IMG/VR virus record: IMGVR_UViG_3300028833_002727
Strand: one strand, 5' to 3'
From: a virus
Taxonomy: Duplodnaviria; Heunggongvirae; Uroviricota; Caudoviricetes
Length of the DNA: 64,000 bases
The notes below the pieces were generated by a model, which ran no database searches, was not told the origin of the DNA, and saw only the letters and a program-made list of their open reading frames with translations. The position numbers and the translations under genes were made by a program. Each line of letters opens with the position of its first letter. Positions within the stretch are counted from its first letter, which is position 1. Positions 19,863-30,472 of this stretch are shown one piece after another.

Positions 19863-20354
19863 ATGAGTAAAGAATTAACAAGGGATTATATGATTAATGA
19901 AATCATGTTTAAAAATCCACACTTAAATCGAAAACATTATGAGTGCGCTACCGATAGATATTTAAAATTTCATTATGATGTGGAGTTCAATGGATTGATG
20001 GATAAACCAAAACAAGAAGATGGATGTCGGCTTTTTGGCATTGGTAATTTATATAATTACGGAGGCTACACGTTAGTTGTTGCTAGTTCAAAAGATGAGG
20101 CAAGAGATATGTTTTTGCAAAACATGTTTAAATCTTGGTTACAAGACATAGTTACATGTGAGAATGATGCTCATTTTAATGAAGATGGAGAGCCATTAAA
20201 TGGTATGGCGCATATTTATTTAGAATATAAAAATAATGGTATATACGAGTTAACAGATGATGAACTTTTTAATTATTATAAAGAACATTATCCAATAACA
20301 GATAATAATATCTTCGATTTACAAACAAGAGTTTGGGATGGAAGTAATGATTAA
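19863..20354 (+). CDS. Hypothetical protein
   Basis: Open frame 19782-20354; probable start at ATG 19863 (MSKELT), just after the tdk stop. Confidence 0.6.
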   Translation: MSKELTRDYMINEIMFKNPHLNRKHYECATDRYLKFHYDVEFNGLMDKPKQEDGCRLFGIGNLYNYGGYTLVVASSKDEARDMFLQNMFKSWLQDIVTCENDAHFNEDGEPLNGMAHIYLEYKNNGIYELTDDELFNYYKEHYPITDNNIFDLQTRVWDGSND

Positions 20355-20393
20355 ATAAAAGAAAATAAAATAATTTAAAACAGATATATTAGT

Positions 20394-21095
20394 ATGAAAG
20401 ACGGATTAGTACATGTATGTTTCGTAATAGACGAGAGTGGTTCTATGTGGGACAGCACAAGTGATGTTGTTGGTGGTTTCAAAAAGGTAATCACAGAACA
20501 AAAGGCAGTTAAAGATGGTGGTTGTATTGTATCATTGTATAAATTCAGTGATAAAGTAAGCCAAATTTACTTAGGTAAAGATGTAAATGAGATTGATGAA
20601 GATAAGTTGGTTTATTCTCCTGGTGGTTGTACTGCTATGAATGATGGTATTGGTACTGCTATTGATGAAATTGGTAAATGGCTTGCCGATAAGGACGAGA
20701 GTGAACGCCCAGAGAAGAATTTGATTGTAATTATGACTGACGGATATGAAAACGCAAGTCACGAATACACAATTGAGCAAGTTCGCGAGAGAATTAAACA
20801 CCAAACTGAGAAGTATAACTGGTCGTTCATTTACATGGGTACAGATGTAACCGATAGTACATATGCAAACACTATTGTTGGTGGTATTAGTGGTTGTACG
20901 ACATCATACAACTCAAGAAGTAACTATGCTGCAAATTATAGCATTATTAGTAGTGGTGTTAAGAGTTTCAGAAGAATGGCTAACGTTGATACTTTAACAA
21001 AGAGTGCATTGTTCGATCAGGAATTGGACGAGTCAGCAGAGCAATTAACAGCCGAATATGAAAAAGAAACAGGTAATGTAATTAACAGAGTCTAA
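20394..21095 (+). CDS. von Willebrand factor A (vWA) domain protein
   Basis: VIDESGSM MIDAS motif, GCTAMNDGIG, IMTDGYENAS. Confidence 0.9.
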   Translation: MKDGLVHVCFVIDESGSMWDSTSDVVGGFKKVITEQKAVKDGGCIVSLYKFSDKVSQIYLGKDVNEIDEDKLVYSPGGCTAMNDGIGTAIDEIGKWLADKDESERPEKNLIVIMTDGYENASHEYTIEQVRERIKHQTEKYNWSFIYMGTDVTDSTYANTIVGGISGCTTSYNSRSNYAANYSIISSGVKSFRRMANVDTLTKSALFDQELDESAEQLTAEYEKETGNVINRV

Positions 21096-21107
21096 ACGTA
21101 TTATATT

Positions 21108-22289
21108 ATGATTAGTGAGTATTTAACAAAAACATTCAAACATGGGAGAACAAAAATTTGTAGATATTTGTTTTGTCCTGAGAAATATTGGGTTGCTATC
21201 AAAGCAACAGATAAGCAGATGCAGAATGCTGCTACTGCAATTGATGAATATCTGAAAGGTTCAGGTGAAGGCTGCGATATATTGAAGGAACAATTATCAT
21301 ACTTCACTGATGATATTCAAATGAAAATCAACAAAATGTATGGTAGTAAGGATTATAGTGAAGATAATATAAAAAATCTTTGTTTCTATATTTCCATGGC
21401 GAGTGCGCTTCCATACATTCTCGGTGAAGATGATGCACAGTTAACACATACATCACTTATGAAAACCATTACTGGGAGTAAATGGAAATGCGTAGGCTTT
21501 ACATGTGGCGATGTTATTGGACAGCCCATGGAGTTTGTTCAGAAAGAATATAGAAAGGTTATGAACTATAACCCATTCTCTTTGGCATCTCACTATACCG
21601 ATGACACTGTAATGACAATTGCGGTTATGAAGTGGTTGCTTGGTGGTGAGTTAACAAGTGAGAGATTAGTACAACATGTAGTTGATTTGGGTACGGAACA
21701 CTGGGCTGCTGGATATGGACGAAACTTTAACGATTGGTTACACGGTTCAACTAACTATCAACCATATGAGAGTTATGGTAACGGCAGTGCGATGAGAGTA
21801 TCACCAGTTGCATGGTTCTTTGATAATGAGGAAGATGTTTTGAAGTATGCTAAGATGTCTGCCGACATTACCCACAATCACCCAGAAGGTGTTAAGGGTG
21901 CGCAAGCAATTGCAATGTGTATTTTCTTGGCTAGAACTGGAAGTACAAAAGAAGAAATTAAGGCATATATCGAAAAGAAATTCGGATATGATTTGAGTAG
22001 AACAACTGACATGATACGTCCGGATTATATATTCCACGTTGATTGTCAACAATCAGTACCAGAATCAATCATATGCTTCCTAGAGGCTAAATCAACACTT
22101 GAAGCAATTCAATTGGCAATTAGTCTTGGCGGTGATACAGATACAATGGCTGATATGGCTGGCGCAATTGCAGAAGCATATTATGGAGATTGTGATGATT
22201 TGTTTGAGGATACAATTGAAAAATCATTCCAATACCCAAAAGCATTTGTGGAAGTAATTAAAGAGTTTAATGAAAAAATTTCAGAATAA
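21108..22289 (+). CDS. ADP-ribosylglycohydrolase (DraG/ARH family) with extra N-terminal domain
   Basis: GDVIG, YTDDTVMT, SYGNGSAMRVSP, THNHPEG, SLGGDTDTMADMAGAIAEA motifs. Confidence 0.9.
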   Translation: MISEYLTKTFKHGRTKICRYLFCPEKYWVAIKATDKQMQNAATAIDEYLKGSGEGCDILKEQLSYFTDDIQMKINKMYGSKDYSEDNIKNLCFYISMASALPYILGEDDAQLTHTSLMKTITGSKWKCVGFTCGDVIGQPMEFVQKEYRKVMNYNPFSLASHYTDDTVMTIAVMKWLLGGELTSERLVQHVVDLGTEHWAAGYGRNFNDWLHGSTNYQPYESYGNGSAMRVSPVAWFFDNEEDVLKYAKMSADITHNHPEGVKGAQAIAMCIFLARTGSTKEEIKAYIEKKFGYDLSRTTDMIRPDYIFHVDCQQSVPESIICFLEAKSTLEAIQLAISLGGDTDTMADMAGAIAEAYYGDCDDLFEDTIEKSFQYPKAFVEVIKEFNEKISE

Positions 22290-22317
22290 TAACAACAAAC
22301 AATAAAATTTAACAACT

Positions 22318-22770
22318 ATGAGTAAATTACAAATTAGACAAGGTTTATTCGAAACCAACAGTAGTTCAACGCACACTATTACAATAGTTGATGCTGAAGA
22401 TTTTGAAAATTGGGAGAAAGACAAAGTATGGTACAATACAAGCGAAGACGATTTCTTACCGATTGACAAAGCAATTGATGCTAACATTAAAATTCTTGAA
22501 GATGAGTTTCTTGAGGGTGATAACAAATTACCAGAATCATTTAAAGAGAAGTATCGTGAATTAAAGAATTTTGAAGAAGCATATGATGAAACTCAAGATG
22601 ATTTCGATTTTGATTTCGATTATGACGATATAAGATGGGAATGGGAGTCATTCTATCTTTCTCGTGAAGCATGGAGAGATTCAAATGATGAGTATGAGGA
22701 TTTTGATGAGTCATACACAACAAAGCACGGTGACAAAGTAGTAGCGTTTGGTTACTATGGTTACAACTAA
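22318..22770 (+). CDS. Conserved phage hypothetical protein (FETNSSSTH motif), acidic
   Basis: N-terminal IRQGLFETNSSSTHTI motif recalled from large-phage hypothetical proteins. Confidence 0.7.
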   Translation: MSKLQIRQGLFETNSSSTHTITIVDAEDFENWEKDKVWYNTSEDDFLPIDKAIDANIKILEDEFLEGDNKLPESFKEKYRELKNFEEAYDETQDDFDFDFDYDDIRWEWESFYLSREAWRDSNDEYEDFDESYTTKHGDKVVAFGYYGYN

Positions 22771-22800
22771 TAATAATGCAGTGAAATTTTAACTAATTTT

Positions 22801-23982
22801 ATGGCAGGAAAACAACCATTAAAGAAAAAAGAAGTTAAAAGTTTTAGTGTACAAGATTTCAAGTCTAGTTTTTTAGGTAAAGAAACCAAGAAAACCGCAG
22901 ACAAGAATATGGACGACCAGTGGATTATTATGCCAAAGGCTTACCAGGATGCAATCAAACTTCCTGGTATCCCTATGTCCAGAACAACAATGATTCGTGG
23001 ATGGTCGGACACAGGTAAATCAACACTAAAGAACCTTGCTATTGCAAGCGCAATGAGACAAGGTATTTTACCAGTTATATTTGAAACAGAAGCAAACTTC
23101 GATTTCCAATACGCGAGAGATTGTGGTATGGATATTAAACCAGTATACGGCGATATAATTGATGAGGAAACAGGAGAGAAGACACATGGTATTGTAGACT
23201 GGGAAGGAAACTATATTCTTTTCACTCCTAAGAAGATTTGTGAGTTCTGTGGTAAAATGGATTACTCAACTGGTAAAGAGGGTAGTAAACAAAGAAAAGT
23301 GCCTGTTATTGAGGATTTAGGCTACATCATCAACACCATGTTGGAGAAGCAAGATGAAGGCGAACTCCCAATGCCGTTACTTTTTGTTTGGGACTCTGTT
23401 GGATCAGTACAATCTTGGAAATCTTATACATCAAAGGTTGGTAATAATATGTTTGATGCTAATGCTATTAACACAACCTTCAAACCAATCTTTGCAAGAA
23501 TATCAACAACTAAGGAAGTTGGTACACCATATAGCAATACAATGCTTGTAATCAATAAGATTTGGAAAGATACAGCCAATTCAGTTGGTGGTGCAGTAGC
23601 AATTGCTAATACTGGTGGTGAGGCATTCCAATTTGGTATTCGTTTACAAATTCACGTTGGTGGTGTTGCTAAGGCTGGTGTTAAAAAGTTGAAAGCAACA
23701 TATCATGGTGAGGAATATCAATATGGTACTGTTACGAAAATAACCGTTTGTAAAAACCAATTACCAACACCTTACAATATTACTTATAGTGGCACAATGT
23801 GTTGTGTACATAATGGTATTATCAGTGAGGATGAATTGGATAAATACAAAAAGGCTGAAATTCCAAAACTCATTGAAGCAAAGATGAAATCACTTAACGG
23901 TGAAAGTGTTCAAGTTAGCGCTGATGACATCGAGTTCGATGAAGTTGGACAATTAGATAACACACCTATGGTGGTAGAATAA
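22801..23982 (+). CDS. recA: RecA/UvsX-like recombinase
   Basis: Walker A GWSDTGKST, FETEANFD, FVWDSVGS, VINKIW, TGGEAFQF. Confidence 0.85.
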   Translation: MAGKQPLKKKEVKSFSVQDFKSSFLGKETKKTADKNMDDQWIIMPKAYQDAIKLPGIPMSRTTMIRGWSDTGKSTLKNLAIASAMRQGILPVIFETEANFDFQYARDCGMDIKPVYGDIIDEETGEKTHGIVDWEGNYILFTPKKICEFCGKMDYSTGKEGSKQRKVPVIEDLGYIINTMLEKQDEGELPMPLLFVWDSVGSVQSWKSYTSKVGNNMFDANAINTTFKPIFARISTTKEVGTPYSNTMLVINKIWKDTANSVGGAVAIANTGGEAFQFGIRLQIHVGGVAKAGVKKLKATYHGEEYQYGTVTKITVCKNQLPTPYNITYSGTMCCVHNGIISEDELDKYKKAEIPKLIEAKMKSLNGESVQVSADDIEFDEVGQLDNTPMVVE

Positions 23983-23984
23983 TT

Positions 23985-24016
23985 AGAAGCGGGGGAATAA
24001 CCTCCTCCGCTTTTTT
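23985..24016 (+). terminator. Intrinsic terminator
   Basis: AAGCGGGGG...CCTCCGCTT stem followed by a T-run. Confidence 0.65.
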
Positions 24017-24053
24017 AACATTTATATTTTTTTCTGTATATTTAATATAAGAT

Positions 24054-25250
24054 ATGCAACCAGTAAGAAAAACAATAAAAGAAGTACATGGAAGTTTAAT
24101 AAAGGAACCGCCCACATTGACAATGTTGGTGGATGGTAATTCCTTGTTATTCTCTTCATTTGCTGACGATAAGGTGAATTCTGAAGGTGTGCATTATGGT
24201 GCAATATTTCAATTCCTTTTACAACTTAGGATACAATTAACCAAACGACAGTTTGATAAAATTGTAGTAACTTTCGATGATGAATATTCTGGTGTTATGC
24301 GTTATAACCTATATCACGATTATAAAGCAAACAGGGATAAACATTATGAGGATTACGGCGTGTCTGATTATATGAAGCAATATAATGAGAATCTAAAACA
24401 GATGCGTAACCATATTTTCAATAAAAAGAATAAAAATGGTGAAATTAAGCCAGACAAAGTTAAGAGTGATTGGGAACAATTTGTTGATGCAAATTTTAAC
24501 CGAGAGCGTGACATCCTTTGTCTTATGTTTAATGAACTGTTTATTCGCTGGCACATGGATACCATTGTAGAGGGAGATGATTTAATAGCATTTTATTGTA
24601 AAAACAAAAAACCGAATGAGAAGATACTAATCATTTCATCTGATTTGGATTTATGTCAATTGTTGAGTGATGATATTATGGTTTACAACCAGGTCAAAAA
24701 ATTATATCTATCCAATAAGACATTTAAGCAATATTTCGGATATACAAATGAAAACGTATTAGTTAAGAAAGTTTTTTGTGGTGATACAAGTGATAACATC
24801 GGCAACATAAAAGGATTGTCAGAGGAAGGTTTCTTTAATTTGATGCCAGAGGCTAAAACCAAGAAAGTTACAATAGATGAGGTTAAGGCGCGTGCTCAGC
24901 AGTTAATTGATGAGCGTATAAGTATTAAGAAGAAGCCATATGTTCTACACCAGAACATTATAAATGGTATATCTAACAAAAGATATGATGGGGATTTCTA
25001 TGAGATAAACAAACTCATTATTGATTTGAATAATCCATTACTTACCGATGAGGCTAAGGACGAGATGGATAACATGATGAATGTACCACTTGATGTCACT
25101 GATCGAAGTGTAAAAAATCTTTTGGATATTATTTACGAGAATGATTTAACAGAGTTTAATGGTGATACACGTTTTGCTACATTTTTTGCACCATTCAAAA
25201 GAATAGAGGAAAAAGAAAAACAATTTTATGCGGTTGAAACTCAAAGCTAA
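24054..25250 (+). CDS. 5'-3' exonuclease / flap endonuclease (T4 RNase H / PolA N-terminal-like)
   Basis: LVDGNSLL, YKANR, EGDDLIA, SSDLDLCQL, GDTSDNIGNIKG. Confidence 0.9.
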   Translation: MQPVRKTIKEVHGSLIKEPPTLTMLVDGNSLLFSSFADDKVNSEGVHYGAIFQFLLQLRIQLTKRQFDKIVVTFDDEYSGVMRYNLYHDYKANRDKHYEDYGVSDYMKQYNENLKQMRNHIFNKKNKNGEIKPDKVKSDWEQFVDANFNRERDILCLMFNELFIRWHMDTIVEGDDLIAFYCKNKKPNEKILIISSDLDLCQLLSDDIMVYNQVKKLYLSNKTFKQYFGYTNENVLVKKVFCGDTSDNIGNIKGLSEEGFFNLMPEAKTKKVTIDEVKARAQQLIDERISIKKKPYVLHQNIINGISNKRYDGDFYEINKLIIDLNNPLLTDEAKDEMDNMMNVPLDVTDRSVKNLLDIIYENDLTEFNGDTRFATFFAPFKRIEEKEKQFYAVETQS

Positions 25251-25312
25251 CCGGAAAAATTGTATATTTGATTTGAGGAAACTGGATGTTTAACTTTTAA
25301 AATGACAAACTA

Positions 25313-26155
25313 ATGGAAGAAAAAACTGTAAAACAAGATGGACAATTTGAGAAGTACCCTTACTCATTTGAGTTGAGAATTAACGATAACATTGTCTGTC
25401 AGCGTTATTTTAAGATTAACGGGTTTAGAGAAGCATCGTTGGAGTCTAAGGAATTAACCGACACGTTGCGTTATTGTGCTCAGTTAATCAAAGATGATTT
25501 GAGAAGTAAGAGCAACTTGTATTATGAATATACCGCTCCACAAATTTTCAAGGATGAAGCGCAAATGCGTGAATGGGAATGGTGGAATGCACGTAGGTAT
25601 ATGAGTTTAGAAGACATAGCCAAAGAACTTGGTGATGACACTATTTTCGAGAGAAAATATACGTTCACCATCGAACCTTGCAGTTATGTAATTTTGGAAG
25701 ATGAGGATAAAACTTTCTTCTGGAATGGCAGTGAAATGGAGCCGTACAACAAGTATTTCGATAGAAATGAGTACCTTCCAGCAACATTGCGCAATGCATA
25801 TGATACACCATGCACTTTGAAACTTGCTTTCTTAGTAAATGATGTTGAAATTTGTTCAACTATTTGGGATGGTAATGTCTATCCGCGTTTCATTCGCACA
25901 AACATAGACTTATCTAACTCAAAGAACAAGTACAAGACTGGTGATAAATTCTCACCATTCGAGGCTGCAATGGTTGACATTATGAATGAACAACATAAGG
26001 ATTTAATTCCTGTTATTGTTCGTGAGTTCTGTCTAACATGTTCAGATGATGATGCGTTTACTACTAACCTCACATACGGAAACACGAAATACAAGAATGT
26101 TCCGAGTCATAGAATCTTCAGCCTACCTCGTAGCACGAGAGGCAAACAAGAGTAA
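25313..26155 (+). CDS. Hypothetical protein in replication cluster
   Basis: 280 aa ORF between the exonuclease and helicase. Confidence 0.75.
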   Translation: MEEKTVKQDGQFEKYPYSFELRINDNIVCQRYFKINGFREASLESKELTDTLRYCAQLIKDDLRSKSNLYYEYTAPQIFKDEAQMREWEWWNARRYMSLEDIAKELGDDTIFERKYTFTIEPCSYVILEDEDKTFFWNGSEMEPYNKYFDRNEYLPATLRNAYDTPCTLKLAFLVNDVEICSTIWDGNVYPRFIRTNIDLSNSKNKYKTGDKFSPFEAAMVDIMNEQHKDLIPVIVREFCLTCSDDDAFTTNLTYGNTKYKNVPSHRIFSLPRSTRGKQE

Positions 26156-26165
26156 CGAACAAATT

Positions 26166-26191
26166 GCTCGGCTTTCGAGCCGAGCTTTTTG
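26166..26191 (+). terminator. Intrinsic terminator
   Basis: GCTCGGCT-TTCG-AGCCGAGC followed by TTTTT. Confidence 0.85.
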
Positions 26192-26232
26192 TTCAAAAAA
26201 TAATAAAATTTAGTGAAAAAAAATTTAATTAA

Positions 26233-27669
26233 ATGAAAGATTCAAAAAGAGGGGATTTAGGTTATTTAGGGTTGGAATTCCAATACCGTTTAATTAGTTC
26301 TTTCTTCGTTGAGCCTGGATTCTTCAGTGATTTAAACAGCATTATCGACCAGAACATGTTCACAGATTCTCATTTACGAGGAATTGTGGCAACTATCAAA
26401 GACTATTACCGTAAGTATGGTTCAATGATTAGTTATGAAATGTTGACGATTAAAATCAATGAAAAAACTCAGGACGAAGACGAACGTCAATATTATTGGG
26501 AAACCATTGAAAAGTTGAAGCACACAACAACTGAGGGGCATGAGGAAATTGAGGAGATGGCTGAGCGCTTTTTCAAGCAACAAAACATGATTAAAGTTGC
26601 CAATAAATTGAAAGAGATTGCAGGTGACGGTGATTTATCAAAATATGATGAGTGTCAGCGCATTCTTGAAGAAGCAATGGCGATTGGCAGAAAAAGTAAC
26701 GATGAGTCACACCCATTTGATACAATAGATGAGGATTTATCAACATTGAATGTAACAACCATACCAACTGGTATCGAGCGATTAGATGAGATATTAGGTG
26801 GTGGATTGGATAAGGGTAAAGTAGGTTTGATTATCTGTCCTATGGGCGCAGGTAAAACATCAATGACTACTTGTATTGCTGGAAATGCGGCAGCATATCG
26901 TTGTGAGAAAAACAACTACGAAGGTTATAAAGTACTACAAATCGTGTTCGAGGACAAACCTCGTGACATGCACAGAAAATATATTGCGAAACTATCTCAA
27001 GTAGAGGCAAAAGACTTAAACAAAGATGAAGTAACAGTTGATTTTGTTAAAAGTATCTTGAACAACCATGAAGATAGAGAACTAATAAACAACAACATCA
27101 TTGTTAAGAAACTTGATACTGGTGAGGTAAAGGCATCCGACATTAAAGAAATAATCAGGAAAAAAATAAATGAGGGTTTCAAACCTGACTTAGTAATTAT
27201 TGATTATTTCGAGTGTATTGAGCCTGAATATGGTTCTGCTAAGGCTGACATTACCGAAAAAGAAGGTAGAACCATGCGTAAGTTTGAAACTATGGCTGGT
27301 GAGTTGGATGTTGCGATATGGATACCAACACAAGGTAATAGAGATAGTATCAAAGCAGAGGTCGTAACAAACGCTGAAGTAGGTGGTTCAATCAGAAAAA
27401 ACCAAATTGCACAAGTAGTATTAAGTGTGGCACGTAGTACTGACGACATTAAGAATAAACGCGCAACTATAGCAGTGTTGAAAAACCGTAGTGGTGGTGC
27501 TGGTGTAGTATTGAATGGTGTTATATTCGATAACGGTACTTGTACAATCAGTTGTGACAATGTAATCGACTTTGATAGCGTCATAGCATACAACGAATAT
27601 GCCGAAGAGAAAGAGGCTGAACGTAAAGAAAATATGAAAAATGAGGCAAAAAAACTTTATAGAAAATAA
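26233..27669 (+). CDS. dnaB: Replicative DNA helicase (DnaB/gp41-like)
   Basis: CPMGAGKTS Walker A, VIIDYFECI, WIPTQGNR, AVLKNRSG. Confidence 0.9.
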   Translation: MKDSKRGDLGYLGLEFQYRLISSFFVEPGFFSDLNSIIDQNMFTDSHLRGIVATIKDYYRKYGSMISYEMLTIKINEKTQDEDERQYYWETIEKLKHTTTEGHEEIEEMAERFFKQQNMIKVANKLKEIAGDGDLSKYDECQRILEEAMAIGRKSNDESHPFDTIDEDLSTLNVTTIPTGIERLDEILGGGLDKGKVGLIICPMGAGKTSMTTCIAGNAAAYRCEKNNYEGYKVLQIVFEDKPRDMHRKYIAKLSQVEAKDLNKDEVTVDFVKSILNNHEDRELINNNIIVKKLDTGEVKASDIKEIIRKKINEGFKPDLVIIDYFECIEPEYGSAKADITEKEGRTMRKFETMAGELDVAIWIPTQGNRDSIKAEVVTNAEVGGSIRKNQIAQVVLSVARSTDDIKNKRATIAVLKNRSGGAGVVLNGVIFDNGTCTISCDNVIDFDSVIAYNEYAEEKEAERKENMKNEAKKLYRK

Positions 27670-27803
27670 TTCTATTGAAAAGCCTTGTAATATCAATGGG
27701 TTACAAAAAAAGTGAAATTTTGTAACCCATTTTTAGTACTTAATTAGATTAGTTAGATATATTTATTGGATAATAATAAGAGTAAATAATAATATAGAAT
27801 TTT

Positions 27804-29978
27804 ATGGTAGTAAGAAAAAGTGATGGAAGTTATGAGGAGTTCGACAGAAAGAAACTATCAAACATAGTAAAGAAGACATTCAAGAGTGCTGGAATTACCT
27901 GCGATGAGGATTGTGTCAAGGAAATAGTTGATAGTTTGTATATATACGACGGTATAATGTGTTCTTCCATTAGAAAACAATTACAGGAACGATTTTCCGA
28001 GCGAAACGAAGAATTACTAATTGCTTATCTGACAGCAAAAGAGAAGAAAAATAGAATTAAAGATTTTGTTTCAGAAAAGAAAAAGTTCATTGAAAAATAC
28101 AAAGCATCAGATAACACAGCAAACGCCACTGTTGATGATAATTCAAATGTATCATCCAAAAACATTGGTATATTAAATGCTGAAATACATAAATCTGATA
28201 ATATTGAGATCAGTCGTGGAATGGTGATGGATAAATTAAAAGAATTGTATCCAACATTCAGGGCTAAAAATTACATTAAAGACTTAACGTCACACATCAT
28301 ATACAAACATGATGAATCATCTTTCGCTGGTGCTATTTCTCCTTATTGCTGTAGTATTACAATGTATCCATTCTTAACAAATGGTATTAGGATGCTTGGT
28401 GGATTGTCAGCAGCACCGAAAAATATCGACTCATTCTGTGGTATGTATATCAACTTAATCTTTGCCACAGCATCACAATTTGCTGGCGCGGTTGCAACAA
28501 GTGAATTCCTATTATATTTCACATATTTTGCAAAGAAAGAGTGGGGTGAGGATTTCTGGAAACGTCCAGATACTGAAATTTCGATAAATTGTGTTAGAGC
28601 AAAAACTATTAGAACACAAATACACCAGTATTTCCAACAGGTAATCTATAGTATTTGCCAACCAGCAGCATCAAGAGGTATGCAGAGTGCATTTGTTAAC
28701 TTCTCATATTTTGACAAATTGTTCTTTGAGGGTATGTTTGGTGAATTCTATTTCCCAGATGGTACGAAGCCTGATTGGGAATCACTCGAATGGACACAAC
28801 AAGAGTTCATGCAATGGTTTAATGCTGAGAGAACACGTACAATTTTAACATTCCCTGTTGAAAGTTTTGCGCTAGTTTACAAGGATGGTAAATTCCAAGA
28901 TGAAAAGAGTGCAAAATTCGTTGCTGAAGAGTATGCAAGAGGGCACAGTTTCTTCACTTACATTAGTGACACTGTGGATAGTTTGAGTTCATGCTGTAGA
29001 TTGAAAAATAAACTCCAAACCAAAGAGTTTAACTTCACGAACGGTAACATGGGTGTACAAACAGGTTCTAAATCAGTTATTACATTGAATTTAAGTCGTA
29101 TCATTCAAGATTGGTTCAATTCAATGAAGGATAAGAACGAGAATTACACATTTGATGGTAGTGACAGACAATATGCTTCACTTCATAACTATATGAATAA
29201 GATATTGGAGCGTGTATACAAGTATCACACGGCATATAATGAGTTGCTATGGGATATGTACGACGCTAACTTGTTACAGGTTTACAAGTCAGGTTTCATT
29301 GATTTGAATAAACAATATCTTACCATTGGTTTGAATGGTTTGAACCAAGCAGCAGAGTTCTTGGGATTAGTTTGTAGAGATAATGAACAATATTCTAAAT
29401 TCTGTCAGGAAATATTTGGTAATATCAAACAACAGAATACATTACACAAAGTAACAGAAGGTAAACACAAACTTACATTCAACACAGAGTGTGTACCAGC
29501 AGAAAGTTTAGCAATCAAAAACTACAACTGGGATAAAGAAGATGGTTATTGGGTTCCAACTGATACTAATCTATATGCAAGTTATGTTTACAAACCAAAT
29601 GACAAGGGTATTTCAATGTTAGAGAAGATACGTTTGCACGGTAGTAACTATATCGGTGAATACCTTGATGGTGGTTCGGCTTGTCACTTGAATAGTGATT
29701 CACACATGAGTGTAGAACAATATGCTTACTTATTGAAATATGCAGCAGATAATGGATGCCAATACCTAACTTGGAATATTCCTAACTGTGAATGTGAAGA
29801 TTGCCACTATATTTCAAAAACACCTTTCGATAAATGCCCAAAATGTGGTAGTAAAAACGTTGCAATGTGGGATAGAATTATCGGTTATCTAACAAAGGTT
29901 AAAAACTGGAGTGAAGGTAGACGTATTGAACAAAAAACACGTGTATACGAACATTTTGAAGGAGGGCGCGTATGTTAA
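27804..29978 (+). CDS. nrdD: Anaerobic ribonucleoside-triphosphate reductase (class III) with ATP cone
   Basis: MVVRKSDG ATP cone, SSCCRL, C-terminal CEDC/CPKCG zinc ligands, glycyl-radical loop RIIGYL. Confidence 0.95.
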   Translation: MVVRKSDGSYEEFDRKKLSNIVKKTFKSAGITCDEDCVKEIVDSLYIYDGIMCSSIRKQLQERFSERNEELLIAYLTAKEKKNRIKDFVSEKKKFIEKYKASDNTANATVDDNSNVSSKNIGILNAEIHKSDNIEISRGMVMDKLKELYPTFRAKNYIKDLTSHIIYKHDESSFAGAISPYCCSITMYPFLTNGIRMLGGLSAAPKNIDSFCGMYINLIFATASQFAGAVATSEFLLYFTYFAKKEWGEDFWKRPDTEISINCVRAKTIRTQIHQYFQQVIYSICQPAASRGMQSAFVNFSYFDKLFFEGMFGEFYFPDGTKPDWESLEWTQQEFMQWFNAERTRTILTFPVESFALVYKDGKFQDEKSAKFVAEEYARGHSFFTYISDTVDSLSSCCRLKNKLQTKEFNFTNGNMGVQTGSKSVITLNLSRIIQDWFNSMKDKNENYTFDGSDRQYASLHNYMNKILERVYKYHTAYNELLWDMYDANLLQVYKSGFIDLNKQYLTIGLNGLNQAAEFLGLVCRDNEQYSKFCQEIFGNIKQQNTLHKVTEGKHKLTFNTECVPAESLAIKNYNWDKEDGYWVPTDTNLYASYVYKPNDKGISMLEKIRLHGSNYIGEYLDGGSACHLNSDSHMSVEQYAYLLKYAADNGCQYLTWNIPNCECEDCHYISKTPFDKCPKCGSKNVAMWDRIIGYLTKVKNWSEGRRIEQKTRVYEHFEGGRVC

Positions 29979-30433
29979 AATATACGGATAGTCAAGTGGT
30001 ATTTAGGGAAGTACCAGACAAGATAGCGTTAGCAATCAACGTATCTCATTGCCCAAATCATTGTATTGGGTGTCATTCACCAGAGTTGCGTAGTAATATT
30101 GGTATAGAATTAACTGATGATGAATTAGATAGATTGATTACCGAAAATGACGGTATAAATTGTGTATGTTTTATGGGTGAAGGGCGTGATATTGAACGCC
30201 TTTCACACCTAATTGAAAGAGTTAAAAAACATCACAATATAGATACAGCATTATACACTGGTTCAGATAATTTCGATGAGACTATATTTGGTGGTAATTT
30301 AGATTATCTGAAAATCGGACATTATGATGAAAAGTATGGTTCATTGGACATGGAAACAACCAATCAAAGAATGTACAGACTGGTAAATGGTGTTCGTGAA
30401 GATATTACATCGTTATTTTGGAGAAAAATATAG
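29972..30433 (+). CDS. nrdG: Anaerobic RNR activating radical-SAM enzyme
   Basis: CPNHCIGCHS (CxxxCxxC) motif; overlaps the nrdD stop. Confidence 0.9.
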   Translation: MLKYTDSQVVFREVPDKIALAINVSHCPNHCIGCHSPELRSNIGIELTDDELDRLITENDGINCVCFMGEGRDIERLSHLIERVKKHHNIDTALYTGSDNFDETIFGGNLDYLKIGHYDEKYGSLDMETTNQRMYRLVNGVREDITSLFWRKI

Positions 30434-30472
30434 TAGTTTCTGGATTTAGCAAGTATTTATTACCAAAGAATA

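Noticed and set aside
26233-29978. Inteins or introns in dnaB and nrdD
   Set aside because: Both ORFs are continuous, of normal length, and lack intein or intron signatures.
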